DNA of 44,476 nt, taken from Conidiobolus incongruus B7586. Its lineage: Eukaryota. The DNA is taken from positions 1-44,476 of the forward strand of contig JNEM01013920.1 of NCBI GenBank assembly GCA_000697335.1. The letters are read 5' to 3'. Position numbers and translations under genes: made by a program. Every line of letters begins with the position of its first letter. Within the stretch, counting starts at the first letter, position 1. Below the pieces are notes generated by a model. That model was not told the origin of the DNA, made no database searches, and was given only the letters and a program-made list of their open reading frames with translations. Positions 13,387 through 27,175 of the stretch are shown here, piece by piece.

Positions 13387-16300
13387 TTAATAATTATTTA
13401 ATAACCTTTGATATAGGTTTTTATAATATATTTTCAAAATTATATCATTTTTTGAATATAAAGTTGAAATATTATTTAATATTTATATGGAATTAAATTA
13501 ATTAACTCAATAAATTAATCTTATTCACAAAGACTCATAAATGATAGATATAATAAATATAATAAATATTATAATAAAATTATTTTTTTTAATAAAAATA
13601 TTTGATATAGTTTGACATATATATATAATTATTGATATATAGTACTAATACTTAGATATACTATTATAATTTTAATTTATATATTTAAAATTAATATCTT
13701 TCTATTTTATTAATTATAGTTTTATAATTTCTATTAATTATTTTGATTATTTTGATTTTAAATTTTATTATTATTATAATTTTGATAATTATAAATATCA
13801 ATTAATTGCTATAATTATCATTTAATATAATTGTTATTTGAACTTATAAAGTTATATTATTATATCTATATATATATATATATACCGACTAAATTTAATA
13901 AATAAATATTTATAAAAATATTTTTATAAAAAATTTTAAGTTGAAAATACATATACTATAATTAGATGTTATAAACTAATAATAAAATTTTAGATTATTA
14001 AAATTCTAATAGTAAAGTGTATATTATAGGAAAATTTAACATTATATAGGCATTGTATTATAAATAGTTTGAAACAGTTAATAATTTGTAAATTTAATAT
14101 ATAATATTATCAAACATTATTCATTTATTTCTAGTTATTTTTTGGAATATAAAGATTCCTTTTTGTTTACAAAATAAAGTCTTTAAATTTTTTTGATATT
14201 CATTAATGCATATTTTTTAAAATATTAAATATTATATTAATTTTTGCATATAGTAATAAGATAGTATATAAATATATTTAATCATTAAATGAAATATTGA
14301 ACTACTGTTTTTATATAATCTTTTGTTTATATTAATAATTTCTACTATATATTACTATTATTATTATATATTTCAAGATTGAAACTTGATTTAAATTATA
14401 AATATGATTACATCTACATCAAGTATAGTGTCAATATTAATTTTGGATGTTAATATTTTAAAAAGTGTATATTATCTTTGATCGATCTTTATACATAAAT
14501 CTAGCCAAAGTTTACCCTTAAATACGTTTAATATCCATTACATATATATATTTTTTTCTCATTAAAATTAACACATTATAATTATCATATTTTTGTAATT
14601 TTCTCAATATATAACTATTCAAGGATTATATAGTATAATTTAACAAATTTACAAACTAAATCAGAAGAAATATCAATGTTAGTATAAATCAACCTATTGA
14701 ACTGATTAAAATCTCAGTTATAAAGATTATACATTTTTTTTAAAATATAGTTTATTTGAATTAATATAATTTAAAAAAATAAAAAAAAGTATAAATATTT
14801 TAATAAAAAATTTATTATTATAATTATTTAAATGGAGTAAGTAGATATTAATAAGGAAATTTTTAAAAATTAGTAATATTAACAGTTTAAAGTATAAATA
14901 TGAATATTATTCTATAATATTGTTTATCAAATAAAATGACCATGATAATTAGAAAGTGTGAAACGAATAATAAGGTTAAATCATAAAGTTCCTGATTTTC
15001 AAAGTAAATAAATTTGATGGTCAAAATTGCCAGAATTTCAGGAGCATTGTAAGAAATAGGGAATAAGCTATGATTTTATTCAAGATACGCAAGGGGAGTT
15101 AGACAATGGGTTTGATCGCCAAGACAATTTGGAACAAATCTTGCCATACTGAAAATTACAACATGTAAATTGAGTTTAAAGCAGAGGGGTCTTGTATGTT
15201 TAGAACTTACCAAATTAAATACAGGGGATTGAAACTAAGATATTATATAGTCATTTTTAATTAACAGGATAACAAACATTTTTGATTTATTAAGTTAGAA
15301 AGGTTTCAAAATGGTATTTATATTATCATCTACTGATAATACCTTACAAATTAGGAGAATGTTTAATTTTTTTGTGGTGTAAATTTCAAATTGGATCCAA
15401 GTTATCAATTTTTCCTCATATTCAGTCACATTTTGATTAGTGATAAAATATCATTTTCAATATATTATCATTTGTGAAAGTAAATATAGTTATTATATTG
15501 TAAATTAATTCATATAATAATAAATATATCATGATTTTGTTAATGTTGAAATATAATAACTAAATTAAATATCAAATATTAAATGTATAGATATCACTTT
15601 AGAAACTTACGGTTCAATGTGGAGGCTATAAAATTTTTATCAACAATACAAACCCACTTAATAATATTTACTAAAAATAATTTTGTTGAATTATTGAGTA
15701 TTTTATTTTGATATAATATATTATTGTGGACAACATAATAAATATATAATATGCTTGGCTATATTTTAAGATTCATTTAAATATCCCAAAAATTAGTTTA
15801 TTATGATATTTTCCTAAATCTAAATATTGAAATATTTAGTATATTGATATTATATAATAAAACATCTTTTTCAGTAAATATTATCACACAAAAGGCATCG
15901 TTGACTATTTTATTCTTCATAATATTTAAATCTCAGCTAATGTAAAGTTGATTAAATTATAATCAATTTTATGTTTTTTGAAACCAGTTAATCAGGTTCT
16001 ATACAGCCTAAATCTTATTCAATGCAATTCCCTGTTATCTATTAAACTAGTGTTGATAAAATCAGTATCACTTTAAAAATATCCATCTCCTTATTCACAT
16101 TATATTAAACCAAATTCAATGAAATTGCTAACTACTAAACATTTAAAAGTAGTTATTATCCCATTATTATCAAAAACCAATTGATACTATTGCTCTAGAA
16201 GGTTTTATAAATAATTAAATATTAAGTTCAATAGTACTGAAATTTGGTTTGTTGATATACGATTCATTCAATTTAAAAATTCCAACAATTTATTTCAAAT

Positions 16301-17053
16301 TTGAATATTGAAATACGGAATGTTGCGGGGCCAAATAAATTAAAAAATAAATCCTAGATATTTGAATTAACTGGAGTTAGTAATATGAAAATTTCCTTAT
16401 TATATAAATTAATAAAATATAGTATTATATTCTAATTATATTTTATATAGGATAATAAAATTTAGCTATAATGATGAATCAATAATATTAAATTATATAT
16501 TCGAAATAAAAGACAGATTTACCATCTCATTTAAGTTATGTATTAATTTTCACTTCAAATAGAATAGATTGGCTCAAAATGATAGAGCTTCGAGATTGGG
16601 TGATGTCACATAAGTGTTTATAATTTGAAATTATTGATTTCATCCTGACACTTTGTTCTAAATCAGTCCAACTTAGTTTGATATCAATTTCTTTCAGAAT
16701 TTATAACTGATTAATTTCTCTCATTCATTCAAGATTGCGGTATAAGCTTTGTTAAGTTTCATTAACTAACATTACAGTTTACATCAATTATTACTAAAAC
16801 CAATCGATCTTAGTGTATTTTTATTGCATCCTAAATAAAATATCAATCATTAATTAACAAATTAAAGTCTCCTTAACTAAATACTATTTAAGGTTAATTT
16901 CAACTTGATTGACCCAATTATAATTAATTGGAGGATTTTTTTCTTAACGCTAAAGTTTCAGGGTGAACTCTTTTTTTCAGATATAAATAGGGCATAATGC
17001 ACAAAATTACCAACATTACAATTTAAAATTAATTTGTACATACTGCTTTTATT

Positions 17054-17833
17054 ATGAATTCAGACCCAATTACTAGTAGCAATTTTCCTAACGATAACAG
17101 CAATAGTATTTTACAATGTCCTAAGTGTGGTAGCAAAATTATACATCACGTTATAAATCAAGACGATGGAAAGTTAGTAATGTGTGTGAATAATGAATGT
17201 CCTTACCCTTTTTTAGAAAATATGGATATTATGTTTTATTATATTCCTGGAAAGCATTCTATTTCTGAACCTATTAATGGTGAATCAAATGAAAAACCTT
17301 TAAGAAAGAGACCCAAACGAAGCATTTCTCAGCCTATTCCATACAAACCAAAATCTTCAGAAAATACCCGCACTCATAAAAGGAGCCATACAATAGATTT
17401 GTTTGAAGTTCAATTGCCTGATATCAATTCCATAGAGCCATTAGAACTACCATCTCCTTTATTGCCAATAGAAACAACAAATAACATAACATCACCGCTT
17501 ACATCACCACAAATAGATTTACAAATAGAGCCTGAAATATTAGATAGTTTGCTCAAAGAATTTGACTCAATCATTAACCAACCATCCATAGACATTCAAT
17601 CCACTGACATCAAAGACACTTCGATATCTGAATTATGCAAAAATGACATAATAGAAAATGACAATGACTCGTTACTGTCCTTCTTATCCGCCAATAAGAA
17701 TATCAACTTCGATTTCATTGATAAACAGTACAAACTGAATAACTTTGATGAAGAGATGCTTAACTTCTCGATTAAAGACACGAACTATTTCCTCGATTTT
17801 CCTTACAAAAGCATTAGTTCAATAAACTTCTAA
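17054..17833 (+). CDS. Hypothetical 259-aa protein with an N-terminal C4 zinc finger or ribbon, a basic NLS-like patch and an acidic C-terminus
   Basis: A 780-bp open frame in very AT-rich DNA, with CPKC...CVNNEC-PYPF and KPLRKRPKR. A TATA-like TATAAA lies ~70 bp upstream. Confidence 0.75.
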   Translation: MNSDPITSSNFPNDNSNSILQCPKCGSKIIHHVINQDDGKLVMCVNNECPYPFLENMDIMFYYIPGKHSISEPINGESNEKPLRKRPKRSISQPIPYKPKSSENTRTHKRSHTIDLFEVQLPDINSIEPLELPSPLLPIETTNNITSPLTSPQIDLQIEPEILDSLLKEFDSIINQPSIDIQSTDIKDTSISELCKNDIIENDNDSLLSFLSANKNINFDFIDKQYKLNNFDEEMLNFSIKDTNYFLDFPYKSISSINF

Positions 17834-18077
17834 ACTCATTGTGGGAATTGATTTCAGACAAATTTAAATACCATTTTAATTCCTTTATTGCGTTTTCCAG
17901 TTACCCAGATTCTGGAAGTAATATTAGTTGCATAAGTGGGTCCCTCTTATATATAAAACCAATAATACAAAATGTAATAATGCGTTCATTGAATGTAATT
18001 TTTTGATTAATTTTTTAATGAAAATAACATTCAGTCAAAATTTCATGACTTATTACACTTTAATTTATTGAAGAAAT

Positions 18078-19193
18078 TTAATCATGAACTAACAACACTT
18101 TACCACCTCTACCAGGTTCTAAAGACTTAGCAATTGCTTCATGAATTTTGGTTAATGGATACTTTTCACCAGCCAAAGGTTCAATTTTATGGGAAATTAA
18201 AGTATCGATTACTTCGTTAAGTAACTTACGAGATTCTTCAATGCCAATACTCTTTAAATAAGGAGTTACCCAGAAACCGGTATAAGTAAGACCTCTAAAT
18301 AACATGTCGACACCACTAACAGTAAGGTTTCGACCCCCTAAAACTCCGAATAATATAATCTTACCATAGTTTCTAACACATTTAGAAACAATGATACCTA
18401 ATTCACCCCCAACAGTATCAAGCGCACCATAAGCAAGTTTACCATTTGTAATCCTCTGAACTTCTGCCACAATATCAGTCTCATCAGTAGTACAAAGGAC
18501 TTCATCTGCTCCAATTGCCTTAAGTTCTTCAATTTGTTCCTTTCTTCTCACCAAGTTGATAGTTTTGATGTTCTTAATTTTAGCAAATTGAATCATTAAC
18601 CTACCAAAAACAGATCCTGCAGCGGTTTGGAGTAGATATTCATTAGGGGGTACTTGTTGAATTTTAAGCAAAGCAGCGACACTAAGAGGGTTTGCAAGTA
18701 TTTGTGCAGCGGTTTCATCAGAAATTTCATCAGGAATGATATGTAAAGTATTTTCATTAGCTATGTAATAATCTTGCCAAGTACCAATTTTCTTAGGAAA
18801 ATCGTCCAAATCAAAGCCTACAACTCTTTGACCAACTTTAACTAAAAAGAAATGAATTTTAAAGTTCAAATAAAGATCATGTAAAATTTACCTTGAGTGA
18901 CGGCTTTTCCAATTTCTTCAACTATAGCAACACCTTCTAACTAAACAAATGATTCGTTACTAAAGTAATATTTATATTTAATAAATTTGACTTACACCAG
19001 GAACGGCAGGATAAGCTTCAGGTTTGTAACCAGGATAGTATCCTCTAATTCCACCAAGATCAGAAGGATTAATTGGGTTCATAATATATTTTATTAAGAC
19101 ATCGTGGTCATTTTGAATAGTTGGCTTTGGCACTTCAACCAATTCAACATCTTTTAATTGAGCATTTTTATTGAACTGAACTCGATAAGGCAT
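18078..19193 (-). CDS. MDR-superfamily NAD(P)H oxidoreductase (enoyl-thioester reductase / quinone reductase-like), paralog 1, intact; exons 19193-18996, 18940-18892, 18841-18078 (336 aa)
   Basis: Motifs NPINPSD, PAVPGLEGVAIV, LLQTAAGSVFGR and GKVLL. Two canonical introns give an uninterrupted frame. Confidence 0.92.
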
Positions 19194-21428
19194 TTTTAAG
19201 TTAATTAACAAAAGAATAATAATAGCTAATGATGTCAGCAATTTGCTTTTATACTGAGTTAAAAATGTAGTTAGGTTTTAATTCAAAATTACCAATTTTA
19301 ATTATTCATAATACCTATAATTTTTAATTAATTTTAATCCCGAAATTTTTTTTAAAATTAATTTAAACAAGTTATTAATAATTTTAAAAAATAATCGTTA
19401 TAATAATTATTTATTTATAATTTTGAATAATGAAATAGATTCAATGTTACTTTTTATTATAAAGAAATTTATCCTAGAGTATCTTAAGTTTAATTGTGAT
19501 TAAAATGTATTTTATAAATTAATTAAATTATAATTTTATGTCTTGATATCTTTTAAATTAATGAGCTTATCTTTTTATAGTCTCTAGTATTACTTCAAAT
19601 CTCAAGAAATTGGAATTTTTTTTGATTTTGGATGTTCCAAACACATTGATAATTTCGGAAGTTAGATTTTGTATAAAATGAATAAGCCTTTTTTAATATA
19701 TATATGTATTCATTTATAATAGTTTTTTAGACCAATATCGTTAAAACCTACCTACAAACCCCCTAAACTCATTTAAAATTAGCAAGCAGCTTGTAAAAAT
19801 AATACAGTATCAAAAAAAATATCATTTATCACTAGTTTGTCATTTCAAAGCTTTAAGGAAAAACTATTCAAAATTTTCACTGTGATTTTATTAATTATTC
19901 AACAAGGAAAAAATATATATACAAAAATATTTTTAAGTTAGAGTTATTAAAATATGTTAATATTATTGTTATAAGTAAATTATATATATATAAACTCAAA
20001 AATAATATAATTTAACAATAAATATATAAATACCTTATAATTCAATAAAGACATTGAAAAAATTAAAGGAAATATAATTAATTCAATTATATTAAAATAT
20101 TATAATTGATAAATAATAATTTCTTTGAATAATCTTTCATTATTAAACAAAGTAAAATATTTGGTTAAATTAAAAAAAATCTTTTTATAAATCCTAATCA
20201 ATAAATATATTTTATATAATTTAATATTAATTATGAAATTAAATTATAATAATATATATTGTTTTTATTTAACTTATAAATATAAACTAATTAATAATAA
20301 ATTTAATTTTTTGATTAAATAATATATAATTTGTATTCTTATATAAATAATATTAATTATTTTATTTAATATAAAAAAAATAAATGATTAAATTAAAAAG
20401 TAAATAAAAATTATTATCATATTTAATATATTTAGTAGATTGAATCTTTAATAATTTTTAATTTTATTAAGTAATAATAATATATTTATTGTAATCTATT
20501 CATCCAATCACTATTAACTATTTTTAATTCAATTAACAACCAATTATTGATAATCAAAGGATAAGGAGATATTAGCATACTTTGTGATTTATGATTATTT
20601 ATATAAATTTATTTAAAATTATAAAGACTTTAAACCATATTATTATTGTATCACTTGATTGTTACATACCACATTCTTTATTAAACTATAAATAATCCTT
20701 TTTATAAAGATCACACCTTAAATAAAATATTTGTTCTTATTAACCGCATAAACTTATATTATTAGTATAGACTATAATTGAAATTATTTTAATTGCTGTT
20801 ATAACATTATAATAGTGAGGAACTAATTTCTTAATAACTTTCAGTCAAATAAATTAAATGAAGTCAATTGTGAGTTAAGTTTACTTTCATTAAAACTATA
20901 ATATACCTTTTATATTTGTTTACTTTAATTTTACTTGGTAAATTATCTGAATTATCTACCATTTTTGAATAAAAATGGGATATAAACTATTGACTGTTAT
21001 TTTAGCTTCTTGTATGCTTAATTCATTTAAAAAATATAATATATAACTCCTTAAGCCCAAAGTTAATTTTTATTTCTTTAGGCTTAAAAAATCATTGTTT
21101 GGTTATAAAAGTTTAATAAAAATAAGATAGAGTATTTAATAATAAAAAATATTTTTATAAAAATTTAATAACTAATTCAATATTTTAATATAACTATAAA
21201 GATTATTATTATTTTTAATTTTTAATAATATATAACTTAATAAATTTTTTAGGAACTATAATATAATTATAATTCAATTTTTTTTAAATATTTAAGTTAA
21301 ACTTTATAAATATATAAATTTATTATATCAGAAATAAAACTAAAACTTATTATATAATTTTTGATTTAATTATATTGCCTAGCATTTTATAATTATTGCT
21401 TTAATTTTAACTTATATTTTAATATAAT

Positions 21429-21828
21429 TGTTAAGAGACTAGTTCTCTAAATTTTTATATACACTTTCATATAATCCAATTAACTATAAATTATATAATT
21501 AATTTATACTTATATAATTAAATTAATTGTATAAATAGTATTAAATTATCTAATAAACTAGGTTCCTCTTTTTTCCTCTCAATTCTTACTATTTTTTACT
21601 TTTACATTATTTCTAAGATTGAGACTATATTCTATTGATATTATAGGATATTAGCACTACCTAATATAAATCTTAATATATCAGTGACTCATCCTAGTTT
21701 GAAGCTTAATTAAACTTTGTTTATACTTGCACACTACAGCTATATTATATTCCCACATTCTACACCACACTACTTTTATATTAAGTTTTCCTCTACATTA
21801 TATTAGTTTAACTACCATTATATTTATA
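21429..21828 (+). repeat. 5' LTR of the Ty3/gypsy element
   Basis: Starts TGTTAA and is a direct repeat of 24494-24891. The terminal CA has become TA. Confidence 0.93.
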
Positions 21829-24493
21829 GATAAACTACTTAGATTAATTATATTTACTAAATTAGATGTTAGGAATAGATATTACAATATTAAAGTTAAA
21901 GAAAATTTTATCCCTTTAACTATTTTCAATACTTTTTTAAGTCACTATAAATTTACTATTATGAATTTTAAATTGTATAATACCTTTATAACTTTTACTT
22001 AATTTATCAATTCCCTTTTTAACCTTGTTTTTAATAATTTTATTATCACCTACTTTAATAATATCTTAATCTATGTAAAAACTAAAGAAGAATATATTTA
22101 ATATGTTAATCAGGTTTTATAAATTATTCAAGAATATAAATTACCTTTAAAACTATTAAAATACATCTTTAGTACCTCTTTTATCTTTTTCTATGGTTAT
22201 ATTGTTTCCTTTTAAAGAATTAATATTGATCTAACTAAACTCAATGGTGTTAAAGCTTTTACTATATTTATAAACAAAGATCAACTTATGTTTATACTTA
22301 AATTATTGAATTACTTTAAAAATTTCATTGATTCTTTTGTTGAATTTGCTACTCTTCTTACTAATCTCTTGAAAAAAAACTCTTTTTTTGAATAAACCCT
22401 ACTATATACTTTTTGTATAAATGCTTTAATTTTCTATATTACTAATGTTTTTACTTTATCTATTTTTAATCTAAAACTACCTATTATTATTTTTACTAAC
22501 TCTAGTTTTTTTACAATTAGTAGATAATTAGTTTAGTTTGAATTTAATTTATATTTTACTTTATAACTATAGGATAAAATAATAAATAAGGGAGAATAAG
22601 TTGAGTTTAACTTTACAAATGTTACTTTAAAACCAATAACATTCTAGTTAAAAAAAATAAAACCAGCTGAATTGAAATACCTAGTCTATAAATAAAAACT
22701 TTTTGCTTTAGTAAAAATAATCAAAAATCACTTATATTTCTTATCTTACAACTTTTTCTTAACACTTACAAATCACAAATCACTTATCTACTTAAATACT
22801 CAGAAGTATTTATTAAGAAAATAAGTTAGATAGATTAAAACTATTTAAGCTTACCTTTTCTTTATTCAATATCTCTTAGGTTAATAAAACTATATTATAG
22901 ATACTTTATTAAAAAATCTTATATACCTACCCTTTTGTTCTAATTGTAAAAATCCAGCAAATATTAACTCAATGATTATTAATGAAGGAAATAAAAAATG
23001 CATTAAACTACTTTAAGAAACACTATTAAATAATGATTTCTTTATTTCAATTAAAGAAAAACTCTTTAAACTATTAGAAAACCAACTAAAATATGTTAAA
23101 AGATTTAAAATTATTAATAACTTACTATATTATAATGATTGTTTATATATTCTTAACATTCTTAAGATTTAACAAACAATATTTGATGAATGCTATAATT
23201 TATTTGTTGGAGGATATTAAAACTAATTAAAAATTGTTGAGAGAATTAAAATAAAGTATTACTAACTTTCCCTAGTTAAATCAGTTTAGAAATACACTAA
23301 TACCTGTGATATATGTTAAAGTACTAAATATAATACTCAATTAAAATATAGTAAACTTATTCCCTTATAAGTCCCTAATGAAACTTAACAACAAATCCAA
23401 CTTGATTTCATAAAAATCCTTAAATTAACAAATAGTTATAATAACTTACTAATTACAATTAATTCATTTTTTAAATATGTTTATTTTATTCCTTGTTTTA
23501 AAACTTCTATAGTTAAAGATGTTACACAATTATTATTCTTTAATATTTTTACCTATTATAGAATTCTACAAACTATTATATTTGATAAAAACACACAATT
23601 CAACTTTTAATTTTAGAAGTCACTATCCTTTTCCTTTAAGATTAACCTAGCTATGTTTATTACCAATCATCACTAAACTAATAAACTCACTGAAAAAACT
23701 ATTAAAATCTTAAAGTAAATAATTAGAGCCTATATTAACACTAATTAGTTAAATTAAGATACCTATATCTACTAACTCTAATATTCATTTAACACCTTTA
23801 TTAATAAATCAACAGGTTTTAGCTTTTATTTCATCAATTATAATAAACATCCTAACTTAATAATTACTCTAAAACTTTAAATTAATTTACCTTTAGACAT
23901 TGTTGAATTTTAATCTAATATCAAACATATTAATTCCCTTGTTAAATTTAACTTAGAAGAAAATTAAAGGATTATAGAACAACAATACTCAAAGTTATCT
24001 AGAAACCCTCTTAAATATAAAACTAGTATGTTTGTATACTTAGAACAATTTGCCCTTAAACCTACCCTACTTAAATCTAGCTTAAATCTTAAATACTTAT
24101 TATTATATTATAATCCCTATAAAATTTAATCTATTGATTTAAATTTTGAAAATATTACCTTAGAATTACCTTTAACTTTGAGGATCAACTCTACCTTTCA
24201 TATATCTAAAATTAAACCATACTTTGAAGATTTTAATACTTTTTTTAATTGATTAAAAACCCCAAAACTAGATCTAATTATTAATTAAAATAGAGAAGAA
24301 AAATACTATGTTGATTACATAATTAAGTTTAAATCTATTAGGGATAAGTTTTATTTTTATATAAAATAGATAGGTTATTTTATTAAAGAAACTATATAAG
24401 AACCTCTAGAAAATATTAAAAATACCTTAGCTTATTATACCTATTTGTAAAAAATTAAGGAGTGTGTCTCATTTAAGAAACTTACTAGGGGAG

Positions 24494-24891
24494 TGTTAAA
24501 AGATTAGTTCTTTAAATTCTTATATATACTTTCATATAATCCAATTAACTATAAATTATATAATTAATTTATACTTATATAATTAAATTAATTGTATAAA
24601 TAGTATTAAATTATTTAATAAATTAGGTTCTTTTTTTTCTTCTCAATTCTTACTATTTTTTACTTTTACACTATTTCTAAAATTAAGACTATATTCTGTT
24701 AATATTGTAGGATATTGGTACTACCTAATATAAATCTTAATATATCAGTGACTCATCCTAGTTTGAAGCTTAATTAAACTTTGTTTACACTTGCACACTA
24801 CAGCCACATTATATTACTATGTTCTGCACACACTACTTTTATATTAAGTCTTCCTCTACACTATATTAGTTTAACTACCACTACACTTATA
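24494..24891 (+). repeat. 3' LTR of the Ty3/gypsy element
   Basis: Starts TGTTAA right after the purine tract and is followed by the TSD ATAAT. Confidence 0.93.
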
Positions 24892-26093
24892 ATAATAAAA
24901 TTATAATGATAAAATTCTGAAAAATACACATTAAATATTTTTGATAAATGTATTAAATCATATTCTATAGTTAACATTAATTTATAGTGAAATGAATATT
25001 GTATAAATATTTGTGTTTAACTTTAAAGTTTTAAGTTAAGTATAATGTAAAAATATAATTTTAAAAGGTTTAAAGTGTATCAATCAAGTATGAAGATAAA
25101 AATATGCATATTATATGGAGTTTAAATTATATAGTGAGCCAATATTAGTGATATATAAATATTAGTTTTAAATACTCAAGTTAATTTATTTATTTATTAA
25201 AATATTGAAATATTGAAATAGAAAATATGGAGATACTGAAATAACTTAAGAATTTTTTTGTTCAACTTGATACAATGAGAAAGATATCAAATATTAATTT
25301 AATTTATTCTATCGTACATTCAACCAATAGATTAATATGAAATTTCAATACTTGACAACAATAAATGGTTAAATATAGTCTTTTATATTATAAAAATTGA
25401 AAAACACATTTTTAAATTATAAGTCTTACATATAGTATAAATAATTGGTATTATGATCAGTCACCTAACTAAATATTAACTTTGATATCAATTAAGTTGA
25501 GAAAATATATTAATTTGAAAAAAGATTAATAATCGAATATGAGAATTTTTTTTGATTTTTTTTAATTCAATAATATTAAAAAATAGTATTAATTTATATC
25601 AATAGGTTTTATGGCTTAAATAGTTTGAAAAAAAGGAGGTAAAATTTAGATATATCACTTATTCGATTAAGTTGAGCAATATATTAGCCAATTAAGATTT
25701 TTAAATTGGTTCTTATGAATTTATATATAATTCTTACATTGACATCATTGTATAATAATATAAGCTCATTTCTTAAATGGAACGATTTTTGTCAATATCT
25801 ATACTCTATATATTCGAAATTGAAATGATAAATTTGATGCAAGATATATATTGAATCTTCAAGTAAAGGTATTCAAATAGACTCTATTAGCTAAATAATA
25901 ATTTATAGAAATTATTCGAGCTTATTAGAGATTGAAAAAATAATTTAATATATAATCAAAGACTGTACAAACGATAGATTAATTAACTTCTTTGAAAATA
26001 AGAAAGCATTATTTATTTATAAACATTTTGATTCAAAACAATGTTTTGGTAAAATTAATGATGTTTACAGATAGTGCAAATTCAATCACAGCA

Positions 26094-27175
26094 TCAACTG
26101 TGGGCTAATAAAACATTACCACCTCTTCCAGGTTTCAAAGATCGTTGAAGGGCTTCGGAAATTTTCTCTAAGGGATACTTGGTGCCAGTGGATGCTTCAA
26201 TCCCATTACCCAAAAGTTCAAATACTATTTATCAAGATCTGAAAAGATTTAGCTTTGCTAAATTCGTAAAAGTATTTGGTTAACCAGAAGCCAGAATAAC
26301 AGATATTTTTATATAATAATTCAATAGAGTTAACATTAACGGTAAATCCCCCTAATACTCCATATAACAAGATAAGTACATTATCTCTTACTGATTCACA
26401 AAGTTTATTGTCCAATTCACCTCCAACGGCATCAAAGGCACCATAAGCAAGTTTACCATTAGTAATTCACTTGATCCCTTCTATGATATCAGCACCACCC
26501 TTAGTACACAGGACCTCATCAGCTCCAATTGCTTTGAGTTCTCCGATTTGTTCTTTGCGTCTGACCAAATTCGTAATCTTGGCACCACTAATTTTTGCAA
26601 ACTGGATTAAAATACGGCCAAGGACTGATCCAGCAGCAGTTTGTAAGACATATTCACCTTTAGGAGCATTGATTTGATCCAGCATTGCATAAGATGTAAC
26701 AGGATTAACAATCGCTTGGGCAGTGGTTTCGTCAGATACATTATCAATAATAAATTATCTTGGTTGTAATTACCTATAGTTTCTTCGAGTACCAACCTTA
26801 ATGACACCGTCATAATTACTTTGAGGAATAATGACAACTCTTTGACCAGGCTTGACTATGTCCACTTGTTAAAATATTGAACATGAGGTAATTTGATTAA
26901 ATATCACTAATATTACTGCTTTTACGACTTCAACTTGAGTAAAGCCTTCAAATTATAAAACCATTAGTTAATATAAAATGAAATAATAAATATAATAGCC
27001 TACTTCAGGAATAGTATGAAAAGAACCAGGTTTGAAAGCTTTGTAAGCTCCAAGGATATCAAATAGGTCTAAAGGATTGATAGGATTTAATAAAATTTTA
27101 CCTAACATTTTGTTATCACTATTACGAAATGGTTTACCAACTTATTTGGCATCGTCAAAAATACTAATCCCATTC
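26094..27175 (-). pseudogene. MDR oxidoreductase paralog 2, pseudogene
   Basis: Homologous to paralogs 1 and 3 (LLNPINPLDL, LQTAAGSVLGR, LKPGRGGNVLLAHS*). It has in-frame stops (TGA 26467-69, TAA near 27143), frameshifts near 26230 and 26770, a damaged exon 2 and no clear start. The 5' boundary is approximate. Confidence 0.88.

Larger units (their letters stand above)
21429..24891 (+). mobile_element. Ty3/gypsy chromovirus-type LTR retrotransposon, internally deleted (no PBS, gag or protease), hypermutated
   Basis: Two ~400-bp LTRs, a TSD ATAAT (21424-28 and 24892-96) and a purine tract AGGGGAG before the 3' LTR. The degenerate pol shows FTKLDVRNRYYNI, TYFNNILIY (from YLDDILIY, 22051), RNase H TNHKSL, integrase CDIC and QIQLDFI, and a chromodomain YYVDYII...IK*IGY...TI*EPLENI (~24300-24420). 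Confidence 0.95.

Noticed and set aside
21727..22002. 91-aa ORF
   Set aside because: LTR sequence read through into the degenerate RT fragment; not a gene.
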